Source: Vicugna vicugna (taxonomy: Eukaryota). From it: 64,000 nucleotides of DNA. Positions within the stretch are counted from its first letter, which is position 1, and the number at the start of each line of letters is the position of its first letter. Positions 1-12,309 of the stretch are shown here, in pieces. A model generated the notes under the pieces. The model ran no database searches. It saw only the letters and a list, made by a program, of their open reading frames with translations, and was not told the DNA's origin. The position numbers were made by a program, and so were the translations under genes. The DNA lies in assembly GCA_013265495.1 (NCBI GenBank), contig MU058781.1, positions 11,327,009 to 11,391,008 of the forward strand, given 5' to 3'.

Positions 1-229
1 GGTCTGAATAAAGAGGTGCTGTTAACTGACAAAGAGAACTCTGGAGATCTGGGGGTGCAGGGTTGGGGATGTGTGAGAAAGAGTAAAAACTTAGAGATTT
101 TCTTCCTCCATTTATTATGTGACACCTGGAGCTAGCCCAGCAATGTCATCTTCTACCCTATCCTTCAGCATCCTCCCTCTGAAGGAAGATGCACAGCCAG
201 CAATGAGGTCTAAGCACCCAGGGAGTCTT

Positions 230-1620
230 AACATTCATTCATCTGTCAGATATTTTCTGAGCACCTGCTATATGCCATGCGCTGGTGGAGGTGCTTGGAA
301 TACAGCAGTCAAGAAAAGAAAGATTCCTGCCCTCGTGGAGTTCACTTGGGGTTGAGGGGCAGAGGGGAGATCTAATTTATAAATGAGATGTGTCTAAACA
401 AGTAAGTATGTGACAAGTGACGAATGCTATGAGGGAAGAGAGGCAGAGCTGGCTAAGAGGATCAGGGGCCAGATGCAGTGTTAGCAATGTGGGCCGGGGT
501 ATTAGTTTGCTAGGGCTGCTGTAACCAAGTATCACAGACCAGGTGGCTAGAATAAAAGAAATTTCTTGTCTCACAGTTCTGGAAGCTAGAAATCCAAGAT
601 CAAAGTATCAGCAGAGTTGGTTTCTTCTGAGGCCTGTCCCACCTTGGTTTGTAGATGGTCATTTTCCCCCTATTTTCACACGGTCTCCCCTCTACCTGGA
701 GGTGCCCTAATCCCTTCTGGTCAAGACACCAGTCATCCTGGAGTCGTTAAGACCCTCCCTTATGACTTCACTTAACCTTAATAACCTCCTTCAGGACCCT
801 CTCTTCTAGTGCAGTCACATTCTGAGGTGCTGGGGGTTACTTGAATTTGGGAGAGACACTCAGACTCTAACATCAGGGTAGGCCTCACTGAGGAAGAGAT
901 GCAAAGACCAAAGGCGGCCATGGAGTTCAGCTGGAGCAAAAATCCTGAGTCAGGTGCACGCATGACGCATTTGAAGAACAGCAAGGAGGCCTGTGAGCAG
1001 AGTGGGCTGACAAAGGGAACAGGTCACAGGCGGAGGTCATAGACAATGGAACCCGCAGCTGGATGGAGCGGGCATATAGACATTCTAAGGACCAGGTGGG
1101 GTTCTACTTAGAACGAGGCAGGGTTCCATTTCAGGGCCGAAGCAGAGATCTCTAGCTTGCACTGTGAAAGGATGCTCTGGCCACAGTGCTGAGGATAGAT
1201 TGCAGGAGGGGCTGTGGTAGGAGCCCAGAGACAGTCAGGAGGCTATTCAGGTGGGAGATGAGGACGGCTTGAACTAGAGTGGTAGCCGTGGAGGTGGTTA
1301 GGAGTGTTCTGATAAAGGATGTATTTTGAAGGTAGAGGCAACTGGATTCCCTGACAGATTATTACAGACAAAGTGAGAGAAAGACAGAACTCAACAATGA
1401 CCCCAGGGCTTTTGGCCAGAGCCCCTGGAAGGAAGGAGTGATCATCTACTGAGATGGGTGAGGGTGTGAGAGGAGCAGCACTGGGGTGAGAAATCGGAGC
1501 TCAGCTTTGAACACGCCGAGTCTGAGATGTCTGTTAGATACTCAAGTGAGGCTGTCAGGTAGGCAATTGACTACTTGGGCCTGGAGCTTAAAAGTGTGGG
1601 AGTCACACGTGTGCATTTAC
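230..1620 (-). mobile_element. Ancient L2 LINE fragment, interrupted by an MLT1 LTR
   Basis: attcattcat...tattttctgagcacctgctatatgcca (L2 3' end) and further typical L2 segments up to gtttgaacacgccgagtctgagatgtc. Confidence 0.7.
499..872. mobile_element. MLT1-type (ERVL-MaLR) solo LTR
   Basis: gtattagtttgctagggctgctgtaac...tctcacagttctggaagctagaaatccaagatcaa...gtcacattctgaggt...ctctaaca. Confidence 0.8.
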
Positions 1621-2373
1621 AGCCGTGGGGAATGAGTTCACGGGAAGGGAGAGCATCAAGGATGACCCCTGGGGCCTCTGGAGTCATCTTGGGACCCCAC
1701 GAAGGCCCCTAGCGTCTGCCTGCCGTGGGCGGGTGTTACCGGTGTCCAGGAGCTCTTCCAGCCACGTCTCCGGTTCAGTGGTGATTTGTAGCGCTGGGCT
1801 GGTGTTGGGACCTGTCCCTGCTACAGGCACCGTCCCCTGCTGTTCAGTTCACACCTCCCATCCTAATGGCTCCGACCCTTGTACATTGATGTGAAATCAG
1901 CATGTGTCTTAGAAGAGCTTGGGTCTTCTCTGGTACCTTACTAAGGAGGAGGCAGGATCGAGTTTCCCTAGGAAACCGGCTCCCCCTCTGCAGCTTGGAT
2001 GGCGGGGCACAAACGCAGCTTGTAAGCAGCTCTCTTGCTCCCAGGCCTTACTGCTCACTCCCCTGCTCCCCCCGCTCCCCAGCTTCCCCTCAACCCCTTC
2101 CTTCTCTAGGCCCATTCACATCAACCATTCATGGGGCCTCTCTCGTGTATTATGTCCGCCGGTGAGCCCGTTAGACCACACAGCTTTCCATCATTCCCCC
2201 GTCTCTGAACCCGTAGCGGTCCATACCTTGTCCCGCACTCCCCCTGACACCTTTCGCACCGCCTCACATCTTTGTTTTCACGTGTTTTATGACCCCCTTT
2301 CCCACCTCGTGAACTCGGAGGAATTCCGGGATGGAAGGGAGCTGCTATCTATTGACCGCCTTAGACGCTAAGG

Positions 2374-2792
2374 CGTCAGTTTCCTGCGGTTGCCGGGACG
2401 CATTACCCCTGCTTAGGGATGTAACACAGCAAGATTTACTCTTACGGTTCTGGAGGTCTGAAGTCCAAAGCGGGTTCGCAGGGCTGCATTCCTTCGCTGT
2501 TTCCTTGCCTGTTCCAGTTTCTAGAGGCCTCCGGCATTCCCTGGTCAGAGGTCCCACATCACTCCGACCTCTGCTTCCGGCATCGCATCACCTTCTCTGC
2601 CTGCGCCAGGTCCTGCCTCTCTTATAGGGTCCTTGACATTGGGCCCACCTGAATAACGCAAGATCCTCTCCTCACCTGGAGATCCTTAACTTGATCACAT
2701 CGGCGGGCCCTTTGCCTTATAAAGTAGCATATTCACAGGTTCCAGGGATTAGGATGAGGGCGTCTTTGAGGACCAGGATTGTGCCTGCCACA
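2374..2792. mobile_element. MLT1-type solo LTR
   Basis: gtcagtttcct...ttacggttctggaggtctgaagtcc...attcacaggttccagggattaggatg...tgcctgccaca. Confidence 0.7.
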
Positions 2793-3029
2793 GCTGAGTA
2801 CTGTTCTTGTACCTCACGTGTGTTTTGTTTAGTCCTTTCAAGGGCCCCGGAAGGGAGGTACTGGAACCGGCTCCGGATGAGGAGACTGGCTGACAGCGGC
2901 TTCTCGTTCGCCATCTGTCACTTCTCTTGCTTAACTGGAGGATCTGGGATTTGAACCCCACGTGACTCCATCTCCCATGAGCCTCCCAGGACCCCAATTT
3001 GAGCCTGCACACTCAGCTCCCTACAAAGG

Positions 3030-3803
3030 CTGTAGGGGTTTCCTGGGGCTGGTACCACAAATTGGTGGTTTAAAGAAGTTTATCGTCTGTGTTCGGGGGC
3101 AACAAGGCTAAAATAAGATGTCAGCAGGGTTGGGTCCTCCTGTGGCTCTGAGCACAGGCTCTGTCCCAGGCCCCTCTCCTTGATTCACAGATGTCCGTCT
3201 TCTCCCTGTGTCCCTTCTCAACATCCGCCCTCTGTGCGTGTTTCTTTCTGTGTGCACATCTCCCTGTTTTAGAAGGACACCAGTCATATTAGATTAGGGC
3301 CCACCCTCATGACCTCACTTGAACGTGATTATCTCTGTCAAGACCCCATCCCCTCCCCCCACTCCCACCCCGCCAACCCCACACACACATGGGGAGGACT
3401 ACGTGGTCCCCTCACCCTAGGGTCCTGGAACCAAGAGAGAAGCCAGCCTCACCCAGCAGTTTCGGAATGTATAAGGGAGACGTTTTAGGCTCCCATTCTC
3501 TAGATCTGTTTGCTCTTAACTGGTAAAAAATGCAGAATTGTTATTCCTGGGTCATTACTATGCATATTTGAAGTAAAAGAAAGTATTAAACCTTTGCATT
3601 TTTTGCTTTTCAAAGTATCATTTCTGAAAAGTAATGATTTTAAACCAATGCCTATAAAAAACAAGTCTGCCAAAATAAAGTTTAAGATTTATATATTAAA
3701 AAAAAAAGACACCCCCCCATCTCCAAAGAAGGTCACATTCTGAGGTAGTGGAGATTGGGACACCAACATGCCTTTTTTGGGAAGACACAGCTAACCCCTC
3801 ACA
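3030..3803. mobile_element. MLT1-type solo LTR split by a retrocopy insertion at 3351-3705
   Basis: aaggacaccagtcatattagattagggcccaccctcatgacctcac...aagaccccatc resumes as cccatctccaaagaaggtcacattctgaggt after the insert. Confidence 0.75.
3351..3707 (+). pseudogene. 5'-truncated polyadenylated retrocopy of an unidentified transcript 3' end
   Basis: AATAAA 3674-3679, A10 at 3698-3707, imperfect TSD, interrupts an MLT1 LTR. Confidence 0.65.
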
Positions 3804-4553
3804 TGGGCTGCACACACGAAGGGTGAGTCGCTGCCTCTGCTGGTGTCCGTGTGTGGCCTGGACGTTGTGTGCTCCGCCAGCAAAGTAGAATCTGCTTCCT
3901 GTCCTCACAGTGCTCACGCTGCTCCACCTTCTTCTCTTTCTCTCTCAGACTGCGGATGGTGCTGAAGTCCTCGCAGCACCATTTCCTCATGTTTAATTTC
4001 TTTCTCTAAGCTGGGCCTCCTAGATTTTAGTCTTTCATTTCTCCTCCAGAATAAGCCACAGCACATGGGCCCACAGTCATCAGATTCTGAACCGGTATTG
4101 CACAGTGAGAGTCAGCAAAGTGAAATTACTGTAGTTATTTAATTTAAGGGTTGTTGGTGTCTCTTTTCTGGGGGATTGAGATTTAGAAGGCTTCATCTCA
4201 ACAACACCCTTGAGGGCTAAGGTAACGAAGCTTGTTACTGTGTCCAAAATAAGGAAGGGAAAGAACCCAGAGCAAGGTGGTTAGTGGGGTTTACACAGTC
4301 TCGGCTCTCTTCTCGTGAGTGGAACGAGAAAACAGTTTAAATCTCATGCCTGCTGAACGGATTAGAATGAGGGGATGACAAACCAGGTTTGCTCGTTGCC
4401 ATGGGCAACCTTTCCAGGCAGGAAGAATAAACAAAAGGTTTTTCTTTGCTTCAGATGCACCTGTTCAGATGCAGGAGGCTGGAGCCCCTGGGGCACATCA
4501 TCCTTTAGAGCGTTTCTGTGTGGCCTAGTTGACCTGACTCTCTGGGCCCTCTT

Positions 4554-4766
4554 TTTTTTTTATGATTTTATATAAATAAATTCCTTTAAAATTTTTTTTA
4601 AGGAAACCTTGTCTTCCATAGTATAGTTAATAATCCAATCTATTCTTTTGTCCTCTTTGGAAATTTTTAAAAATTAGGGTGAAATGGACATAACATGAAA
4701 TTTACCATTTTAGCCATCTGCAAGTGTACAGTTTGGTGGCATTAAGTACATCCACAGTGTTGTGCT
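4554..4766 (-). mobile_element. L1M 3' end plus about 100 nt non-L1 sequence plus poly(A), inside an 11-bp TSD
   Basis: TGGGCCCTCTT at 4543-4553 and 4767-4777; T10 at 4552-4561; L1M terminus at about 4660-4765. Confidence 0.65.
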
Positions 4767-4881
4767 TGGGCCCTCTTCCTAAGTGTATAAAAACCCTTTC
4801 TTATGCCTCACACACCCCACAATGTCCACCCCAGTCTGTGGGACAAATTCAACTTGCCAATAAGTCATTAAAATAAACAAC

Positions 4882-6075
4882 TGTACTTGAGGACATTGTG
4901 TTGAGTGAAATACGCCAGTCACAAAACGACAAAGGTTGTATGAGTCTGTCTATATAAACTACCTAGAGCAGTCAGATTCTTAGAGACTGAAAGTAGGATG
5001 GTGATTGTCAGAGGCTGGGGAGCATGGAGAGTTATTGTTTAATAGGGACAGAGTTTCAGTTTTTGCAAGATGAAAAGCGTTCTGGAGATGGATGGTGGTG
5101 ATGGTCGCACAACAATGGGAATGTACTCAAGGCCACTGAACTGCACACTTAAAAGTGATTAAGGTGTTAAATGTTATGCTCAATATCGTTAATTATCAGA
5201 ATACAAATCAAAACTACAATGAGGTATCACCTCACACCAATCAGAATGGCCGTCATTGAAAAGTCCACGAATGATAAATGCTGGAGAGAGTGTGGAGAAA
5301 AGGGAACCCTCCCACACTGTTGCTGGGAATATAGTTTGGTCTAGCCATTATGGAAGACAGTATGGAGATTCCTTAAAAAAATTAAAATAGACTTACCATA
5401 TGATCCAGCAACCCCACTCCTGAGTATACATCTGGAAAAGACAAAAACTAATTTGAAAAGATACCTGAACCTCAGTGTTCATAGCAGCACTACTTACAAT
5501 AACCAAGACATGGAAGCAGCCTTAATGTCCATCGACAGATGACTGGATAAAGAAGATGTGATATATATATATAGACAATGGAATACTACTCACCCATAAA
5601 AATGATAAAATAATGCCATTTGCAACAACATGGATGGACCTGGAGATTGTCATACTAAGTGATGCCAGAAAGAGAAAGAAAAATACCATATAATATCACT
5701 TATATGTGGAATCTTAAAAAAAAAACCACAAATGAACTTACTTACAAAACAGAAACAGACTCACAGACATAGAAAACAAACTTATGGTTACCACAGGGGA
5801 AAAGGAGTGGGAAGGGATAAATTGGAAGTTCGAAATTTGAAGATACTAACTACTATATATAAAATAGAGAAACAACAAGTTTCTACTGTATAGCACAGGG
5901 AACTATATTCAATATCTTGTAGTAACCAATAGTGAAAAGGAATATATGTATGTCTATGTGTGACTGAATCACCATACTGTATACCAGAAATTGACACAAC
6001 ATTGTAAACTGATTATACTTCAGTAAAAAGAGATGTTAAATTTTATGTTATGTGTATTTTACTGCAATTAAAAAT
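4882..6075 (+). mobile_element. Old L1M 3' end (4882-5178 and 6031-6075) with a nested younger L1 (5179-6030)
   Basis: cttgaggacattgtgttgagtgaaa...; nested part has the ORF2 C-terminus and the artiodactyl-type tail ctactgtatagcacagggaactatattcaatatc; TSD 5162-5178 and 6031-6047. Confidence 0.85.
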
Positions 6076-6439
6076 AAGTTTGTTTAAAAATAGGGAAATA
6101 CACCTTTGTGTGGTGAAATTAAAGTTATTCATATTTACCATAAACAATAATACCTGCTCCATAAAACTTTTTTTCTGTTTTACAATTTATGACTTAGTAC
6201 GCCCTGTTCGATGCTACTTGAAATTGGATCTTTGTTATTACATATCAAAGAAATGTCTGTACATTCCAAATGAATATACTGTTGTATGTCAACTATATCT
6301 CGATTTTAAGAAAAAGAAAGGTCAGTGTGTGTCCCCCAAGAATGAGACCACACAATAGATACTGTAGGAAATTGAAGATTATTTAATAGCCTCTCTTATA
6401 CTTGTCTCTTCACTATTTCTTTTTCCGTTTCTTTTTCAG

Positions 6440-6523
6440 GAGAGGAGTTCTTTACTTCGAAAGTGGTACGATTTAATGATACAAAATAAGGATGACCTTG
6501 CCAAGATAATTACAGCTGAAAGT
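6440..6523 (+). CDS. ALDH5A1: ALDH5A1 (succinate-semialdehyde dehydrogenase) exon 2
   Basis: ttttcag|GAG...AGT|gtaagt; 84 nt; [28 protein letters not shown] matches SSADH. Exon 1 lies upstream of the window. Confidence 0.96.
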
Positions 6524-6754
6524 GTAAGTTCAGGGTTCTAACTTGCTACCCGAAGAAACTGTCCAGTAGTTCTTAGACTAAAGCTTGGGGAAGCCTCTAA
6601 CAGTCAGTGGTTTTCTGTAGCTAAAAACAACGTCAATTCCTTGCCTAATGATCAGATCAGCTGAGTCTTGTGTATGGCACAGACTTTTCCTAAGTCAGGC
6701 ACTCACGTTTGCTAAAGCAAAACTTATATTTTCTAATTTACTCTTTAATAGTAT

Positions 6755-6843
6755 CCAAGTATAACTGAAACACTATGCTGTACACCAGAAATTAATACAA
6801 CATTGTAAACTGACTATACTTAAATTTTTTAAAAAAGAAAAAC
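6755..6843 (+). mobile_element. Very short 5'-truncated L1 3' end
   Basis: tatgctgtacaccagaaattaatacaacattgtaaactgactatac plus A-rich tail; ATAGTAT repeated at 6748 and 6844. Confidence 0.75.
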
Positions 6844-7324
6844 ATAGTATGTGAGAGGTAGATTTTGAAGGAACTATGTGAATACTGCTTTTTCATCAAT
6901 GCAGTTTTTTTCAATGTTTTGGTTGTTTTTTATGTGGTTTTTGTACATTTTAAAAGGTATCAGGTTTTTTTTTTTTTTTTTGGTTGCTCTAACAAATTGC
7001 ATCACAAGTCACAACACTGAGAAGAGATTAGAAGAAAAAAAATTAGGAGAGGCAGTTCTTGCTGTCTCCTCCTCATTGTAAACATATTGAGAATGCAAAT
7101 GATGCTCGGTTGTGATTCAGGGTGGCCTGGCAGACATCCTTCCATCACTGTTTGTAATTCTGCTTTCCAAGACTCACACTGAGGTTAGAAATTTCTCAAC
7201 TACCCGGTGGGTTTTGTAATGGGAAACTTTTCTACTCTGCTTGCAGCCTTGAAGTATTTAGAAATGCAGAATCATGCTTTATTATAAGAAGGTGATGAAA
7301 GTGTCCTTTTCTGATTTAATTTAG

Positions 7325-7735
<411 letters not shown>

Positions 7736-8149
7736 TGACTTGGCATAAAGGCTTCTTGGCACTGCCTAGTACATCTAAAAAGTTTTTCTGGTATTTATCA
7801 TTTGTTTTAAGACTTAAGATATAATACTTTTTTTTAATGTGCCATACTTTTGAGAAAATTTTATGCTTAATTTGCAGACATCAAGAGCAAAGTATTTCTG
7901 TACCTACTAGTAGGCGGTGGGAAGTAAAAAGGAAGTAAAAAGACTAAGAAATAAGACATTGCCTCTGCCAGGTTGGGGCTGCAGTACACTTGTGGGGTGC
8001 CCAGCTTTCTCCTGATGAGCTGCCTTTCTTGGGTCTACCTTCCCCTAGGTCCCATATAAACTCCTCTACAGTGTCTGACAGCTGGTCTCAGGCCTCCTCT
8101 TCTTTCCCTGCTCACCACAGTTACAGAGAGACGTCCCCTTCCTGCCTAG

Positions 8150-8350
8150 ACTGACCAGGTTTGACACAAACTCCACTCTTCACCAGCTGTGTGACCTTGA
8201 GCAAGTTACTTAACTGCTCTGTCTCACTTTCTCCAAACCTGCAAATAAGGAGAATTGCACCAACCTCACTGGGTTGTGATGAGGACTTAATTATCACTTA
8301 AAAGTGCTTAGAACAATGCCTGGCACAGAATAAGCACTATACAAATTTTT
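8150..8350. mobile_element. MIR SINE
   Basis: agctgtgtgaccttgagcaagttacttaac...aaagtgcttagaacaatgcctggcacag. Confidence 0.8.
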
Positions 8351-8467
8351 GTCAAAATAAAATGTTGTTACTGCAGATACACAGATGTCCATAGAGATCT
8401 GTAAATATATAGAGAGGGAAGTAATACATCATCTGCCATTTTCAAAATCACCTTTGTTAACCTTTTC

Positions 8468-8662
8468 TCCCAAAGTCTGAAAACTGCGGCCCTCAGGCCA
8501 CATCCAGCCTGCTGTCTGTATTTGTAAATAAAGTTTTATTGGGACAGAGCCACACCCATATTGTCTGTGGGACTGAGTAGTTGTGATCTTAACTGGATAT
8601 CCCACATAGCCTTAAATATTTACTACCTGGCCCTTTACAGGAGAAGTTGGCCATCCCCCAGG
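8468..8662. mobile_element. MER58A-like hAT-Charlie DNA transposon
   Basis: atccagcctgctgtctgtatttgtaaataaagttttattgg...aaatatttactacctggccctttacag. Confidence 0.75.
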
Positions 8663-8894
8663 GTAGATCATTTCATACTGTTTTAAACTCTGAAAATGTT
8701 CCTGTCTTCATGAGCCTTTGTCTCCCCCGTCCCTGAAGTCGGTAGGTGCCAGGCGTTCTGAGAGCTTACCTGTGCCAGAACAGTCCTGCCGGTCACTTGT
8801 GCAAAGGAGTTTGCTGGCTGACTTCCAGACCTGCCTGCCCTTGGACCAGGGGCCAGGCCTTCCTCTCACTCACTTCCTCTCTCTTCTGATCCAG

Positions 8895-9011
8895 TGGAAC
8901 TTCCCCAGCGCCATGATCACGCGCAAGGTGGGGGCCGCCCTGGCAGCCGGCTGCAGCGTCGTGGTGAAACCTGCGGAGGACACGCCCTTCTCTGCCCTGG
9001 CCTTGGCCGAG
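8895..9011 (+). CDS. ALDH5A1: ALDH5A1 exon 4
   Basis: ccag|TGG...GAG|gtgagc; 117 nt; [39 protein letters not shown] (ALDH PWNFP and KPAE motifs). Confidence 0.97.
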
Positions 9012-9329
9012 GTGAGCCTCTGGCGCTGCGACTGCGCAGAGCCGACAGAGTCCAAGAAAGGATGTTTATCCCGGACTGAACGAAGCACTTTCCAAGCCTC
9101 CTTCTTTGCCTGCATCTCATGCAGGATGGTGCTATGTTCTAATTCACTAGGCATGATTTTTAATCCAGATGTTGCTCCTTTTAGAAAAAAACATGGGTGA
9201 GGCTGGGTTCTGACATCTGTAGGCAGTGTATTTTTTAGGCTTCCCTAAAAATATGTACCCATTGTTTTTATTTAGTCTTAGTAATGTGACCAAAATGTGG
9301 GCATTTCTCACATTCAGGCACCTCTTACC

Positions 9330-9930
9330 TACCACCCCTTCTCCAGGTCAATGTGCATTCAGTCAGATCTTGTCCTTCTGTCCAAAAGCCTCTAACGGCT
9401 TCTCATGTCACTCAGAGTAAAATCCAGACTTCCTGCGGTGGCCTTCAAGGCCCAGTGAGATGCTGCCTCCCCATCCCTCAACCTCTCCTACCCACCGCCC
9501 TTCTCAGTCACTCCAGACCCCTTACTCTTCTGCTCCGGCCATTGGGGCCCCTGCTGCTCCCCAGGCCACACCAGGTTCACCTTCGATGCAGCTTGACACT
9601 CGCTTTTCCCTCTGGAAAGTTCTCCCCCAAGTACACCCATGATTCGCTTCTTCCCGTCTTTATTCAAATGCCACCTTTCCTGAGGCCTCCCCTGCTCCCC
9701 CGCCACCCTGTTTGAAAATCACAGGCTTGAGCTCTCTCGCTCCTCATCCCCTTCCCTGCTTTATTCCTCTTCCCGTACCTGACAGGTGTCTTACTTCGTT
9801 GTTTTGATAATTATCCCACAAGAATGTAAGCTGAGCTCAGATGGGGACTTGGATCTGTTCTGTTCCCTCACTGCTGTGTGCCAGAGCCTAGCACTGTGCC
9901 TGGATGCAGAGGCACTCAGCCAGTGGGAGG
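9330..9930 (+). mobile_element. L2 fragment (3' end)
   Basis: ggcttctcatgtcactcagagtaaaatcc...gaatgtaagctg...cctagcactgtgcctgg. Confidence 0.7.
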
Positions 9931-10664
9931 GACGGGGAGGGACCTCATCACCTCAGCCTTCTTCCTTCCGTAGGTCCCCGTGCTCCTGCCCTGGCCGTTT
10001 GCCCTGTGGTTAGATACAGGGGCTTCCAAAAGGCCAGCACTACCATCTTCACAGCAGTGGCCATTCTGTGTCCGCTGTCCTAGGCTCTCATGGACCCGGT
10101 GCAGCTGCAGGCCCAGTGACTAGAAACCTGTCTCCTTTAAGGGCACTTCACCCAAGGGCACCTCCTTTCAGAGGCAGACTGGTTGTTTTCCTCGCACAGA
10201 AAAGTTAATGGAGTGGAAGACTTTTTTTTTTTTTTAAGATGGGCTGTTACAGTTTTCCTTGAAATAATTTGTAAATCTGCATGACATAAGTTAGCCTTTT
10301 TATTAGACTCCTGAGCATAGATATAGTTAATGGTGTACTTCCTACAAATTAATTTTAGAGGCTGAACCAATCTTTGATGTTAGACCCCACCTGCTTGCGA
10401 AATTTATTTGAAAGCACAACACTTGAATTGATTGGAAAGGTTATAGAGCACATATTTTAAAGCCTCTATAAATGGAGAGATTATTTCAAAGGAAAAACAC
10501 AGCTTCTTAGACCAACAGAAAATGACAGGTCTTTAGTGAAGGCCTAGAAACTCTGAGGATTTCTCTGTTGCCCGGGCGAAGCAGCTAACCTTGCTCTGTC
10601 CTGTCTCCACCTTCAAAGTGGAGACATCATAAAACAATCATAAAGTACGTGCATCCCATCAATG

Positions 10665-11990
10665 TCTTTTTTTTAATTGTAAACTAAAGCCAATACAGAG
10701 AAACCACACGAAACAAATGCATAGCTGAATGAATTATTATAACTTGGATACCCTCGTAACCATCATCTGGTTAAGAAAAAGAACTTTGAGGGGGTGTGGT
10801 ATAGCTCAGTGGCAGGTGCATGGTTAGCATGCCCGAGGTCCTGGGTTTAGTCCCCACTAACTCTGTTAAAAAAAAAAACAAAAACTTTGCCACCTGCTCC
10901 AGAAGGACTCTGCCTGTCCTATCTGAATCATACCTCCCTCCAGAATAGCCCGCCTTGATTTGTATGGTAATCATTTGTCACCCGGGTGTGCCTCTGCAGG
11001 AATTAAAGTCTTACTCGTTTTTTAAAATTTGGAACGTCTTGTGAGTTTCTTCGATGCTGCAGGTTCCCCTCCATCCTGTACTCGTCCTTTCAATTGATCT
11101 GTTGAAGAAACTGGACATTTGACCAGTAGCGCTCCCCACAGTCTGAGCCTTGTTCCTGTGTCTGCTGCACTTCCCACAGACGGGCAGCTGCATCCAGATG
11201 CTTCTTCACACTTGGGTCTGATTCCGTTTTGTGTCCTTTTGTCAGGAGGCACATAATGTCTGGGTGTCTCCATTTTTGAGATGTTTGCATTCATTGCTGC
11301 GCAATGCTGCACACTCTATTTATTCATTAGGAATTACGAAAATGGAGATTTTTGAATTCTTTCCTTTTTCTGTCATTTATTCACCAGACCACTTCTATGA
11401 ATCAAAGCCATGCATCATCTCCTATTTGGTTCCCCAGTGGTAAATTCACATGGGAAAGGCAGTATGCTTGATTCTTTTTATTTACCAGTTTTTCAAATTA
11501 ATGAATCTATTCCTGTCATCTGCCAGATGTTCTCAGTTAGTTTGTTTTTTAAGTATCATTATATGCTAGTAGATTTTAACATATTTGATGACTTTCAGTC
11601 TTTTGCAGTTATGATCCTTAATGAAGCAGACTGCCCCCATTTCTGGACAATGGCAGCCTCTTCAAGTCGGCTCTCTAGTATTTTAATGTTAATAGTTTTG
11701 AGACTTTCCTTGCTATCTAGTAATGACGAGATATTTCAGGCTTATTATAGATATTTCTTGCCCCAGACCTGGGATTAACCATTTCTGCAGAAAGCCCTTG
11801 TTTCCTCTGGTAGGAAATGATATTTTAAGACTACACTTGGGGAACTAAGGATGGTCATTGCTACTGGCTGGTCATTGTTTCTAGACCTCTTTGTGGCAGG
11901 GCTAAGAAATATACATATATGTATACACACACGCACAATAAAATATCGCGTAAGTTCTTACAGAAACTTCCAACGACACATTAATATTAA
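10665..11990 (-). mobile_element. Ancient L1M-type 3' fragment (hosts the SINE at 10790)
   Basis: T-rich start tttttttaattgtaaac...gcatagctgaatgaattatt...gtaaccatcatctgg and degraded L1M-like sequence; boundaries approximate. Confidence 0.5.
10790..10882 (+). mobile_element. tRNA-Ala-derived SINE (Vic-1-like), short form
   Basis: ggtatagctcagtggcagg...ttagcatgcccgaggtcctgggtttagtcccc, A tail, AACTTTG on both sides. Confidence 0.85.
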
Positions 11991-12165
11991 TGTCACCTTA
12001 GCACTTAAATAATCTTATTTCAGTTCCAAATGTATTCTGTTTCCAAAGTCAGCCTAGTTATTTTTTTTTCCCATTACTTTTTGGATTAAAACATCTATTT
12101 ATTTCTCTTTTCTGTTTTTCCAGTTTGATCATTTGCTGCCACATGTTTGCTGTTTCTCTTTATAG

Positions 12166-12309
12166 CTCGCAGACCAGGCTGGAATCCCTCCGGGTGTATA
12201 CAACGTTATTCCCTGTTCTCGAAAGAAGGCCAAGGAAGTAGGCGAAGCACTTTGCACGGATCCTCTGGTGTCCAAAATTTCCTTTACTGGCTCAACAGCC
12301 ACCGGAAAG
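12166..12309 (+). CDS. ALDH5A1: ALDH5A1 exon 5
   Basis: tatag|CTC...AAG|gtatgt; 144 nt; [48 protein letters not shown] (FTGST NAD-binding motif). Confidence 0.97.

Noticed and set aside
1625..3012. Cluster of overlapping 65-150 aa ORFs
   Set aside because: GC-rich intron and MLT1 sequence; no recognisable domains or splice structure.
10355..10400. Possible counterpart of the 39-nt alternative exon found in human ALDH5A1 intron 4
   Set aside because: Only a vague resemblance to a sequence recalled from memory, and no convincing donor site. It needs an alignment with human.
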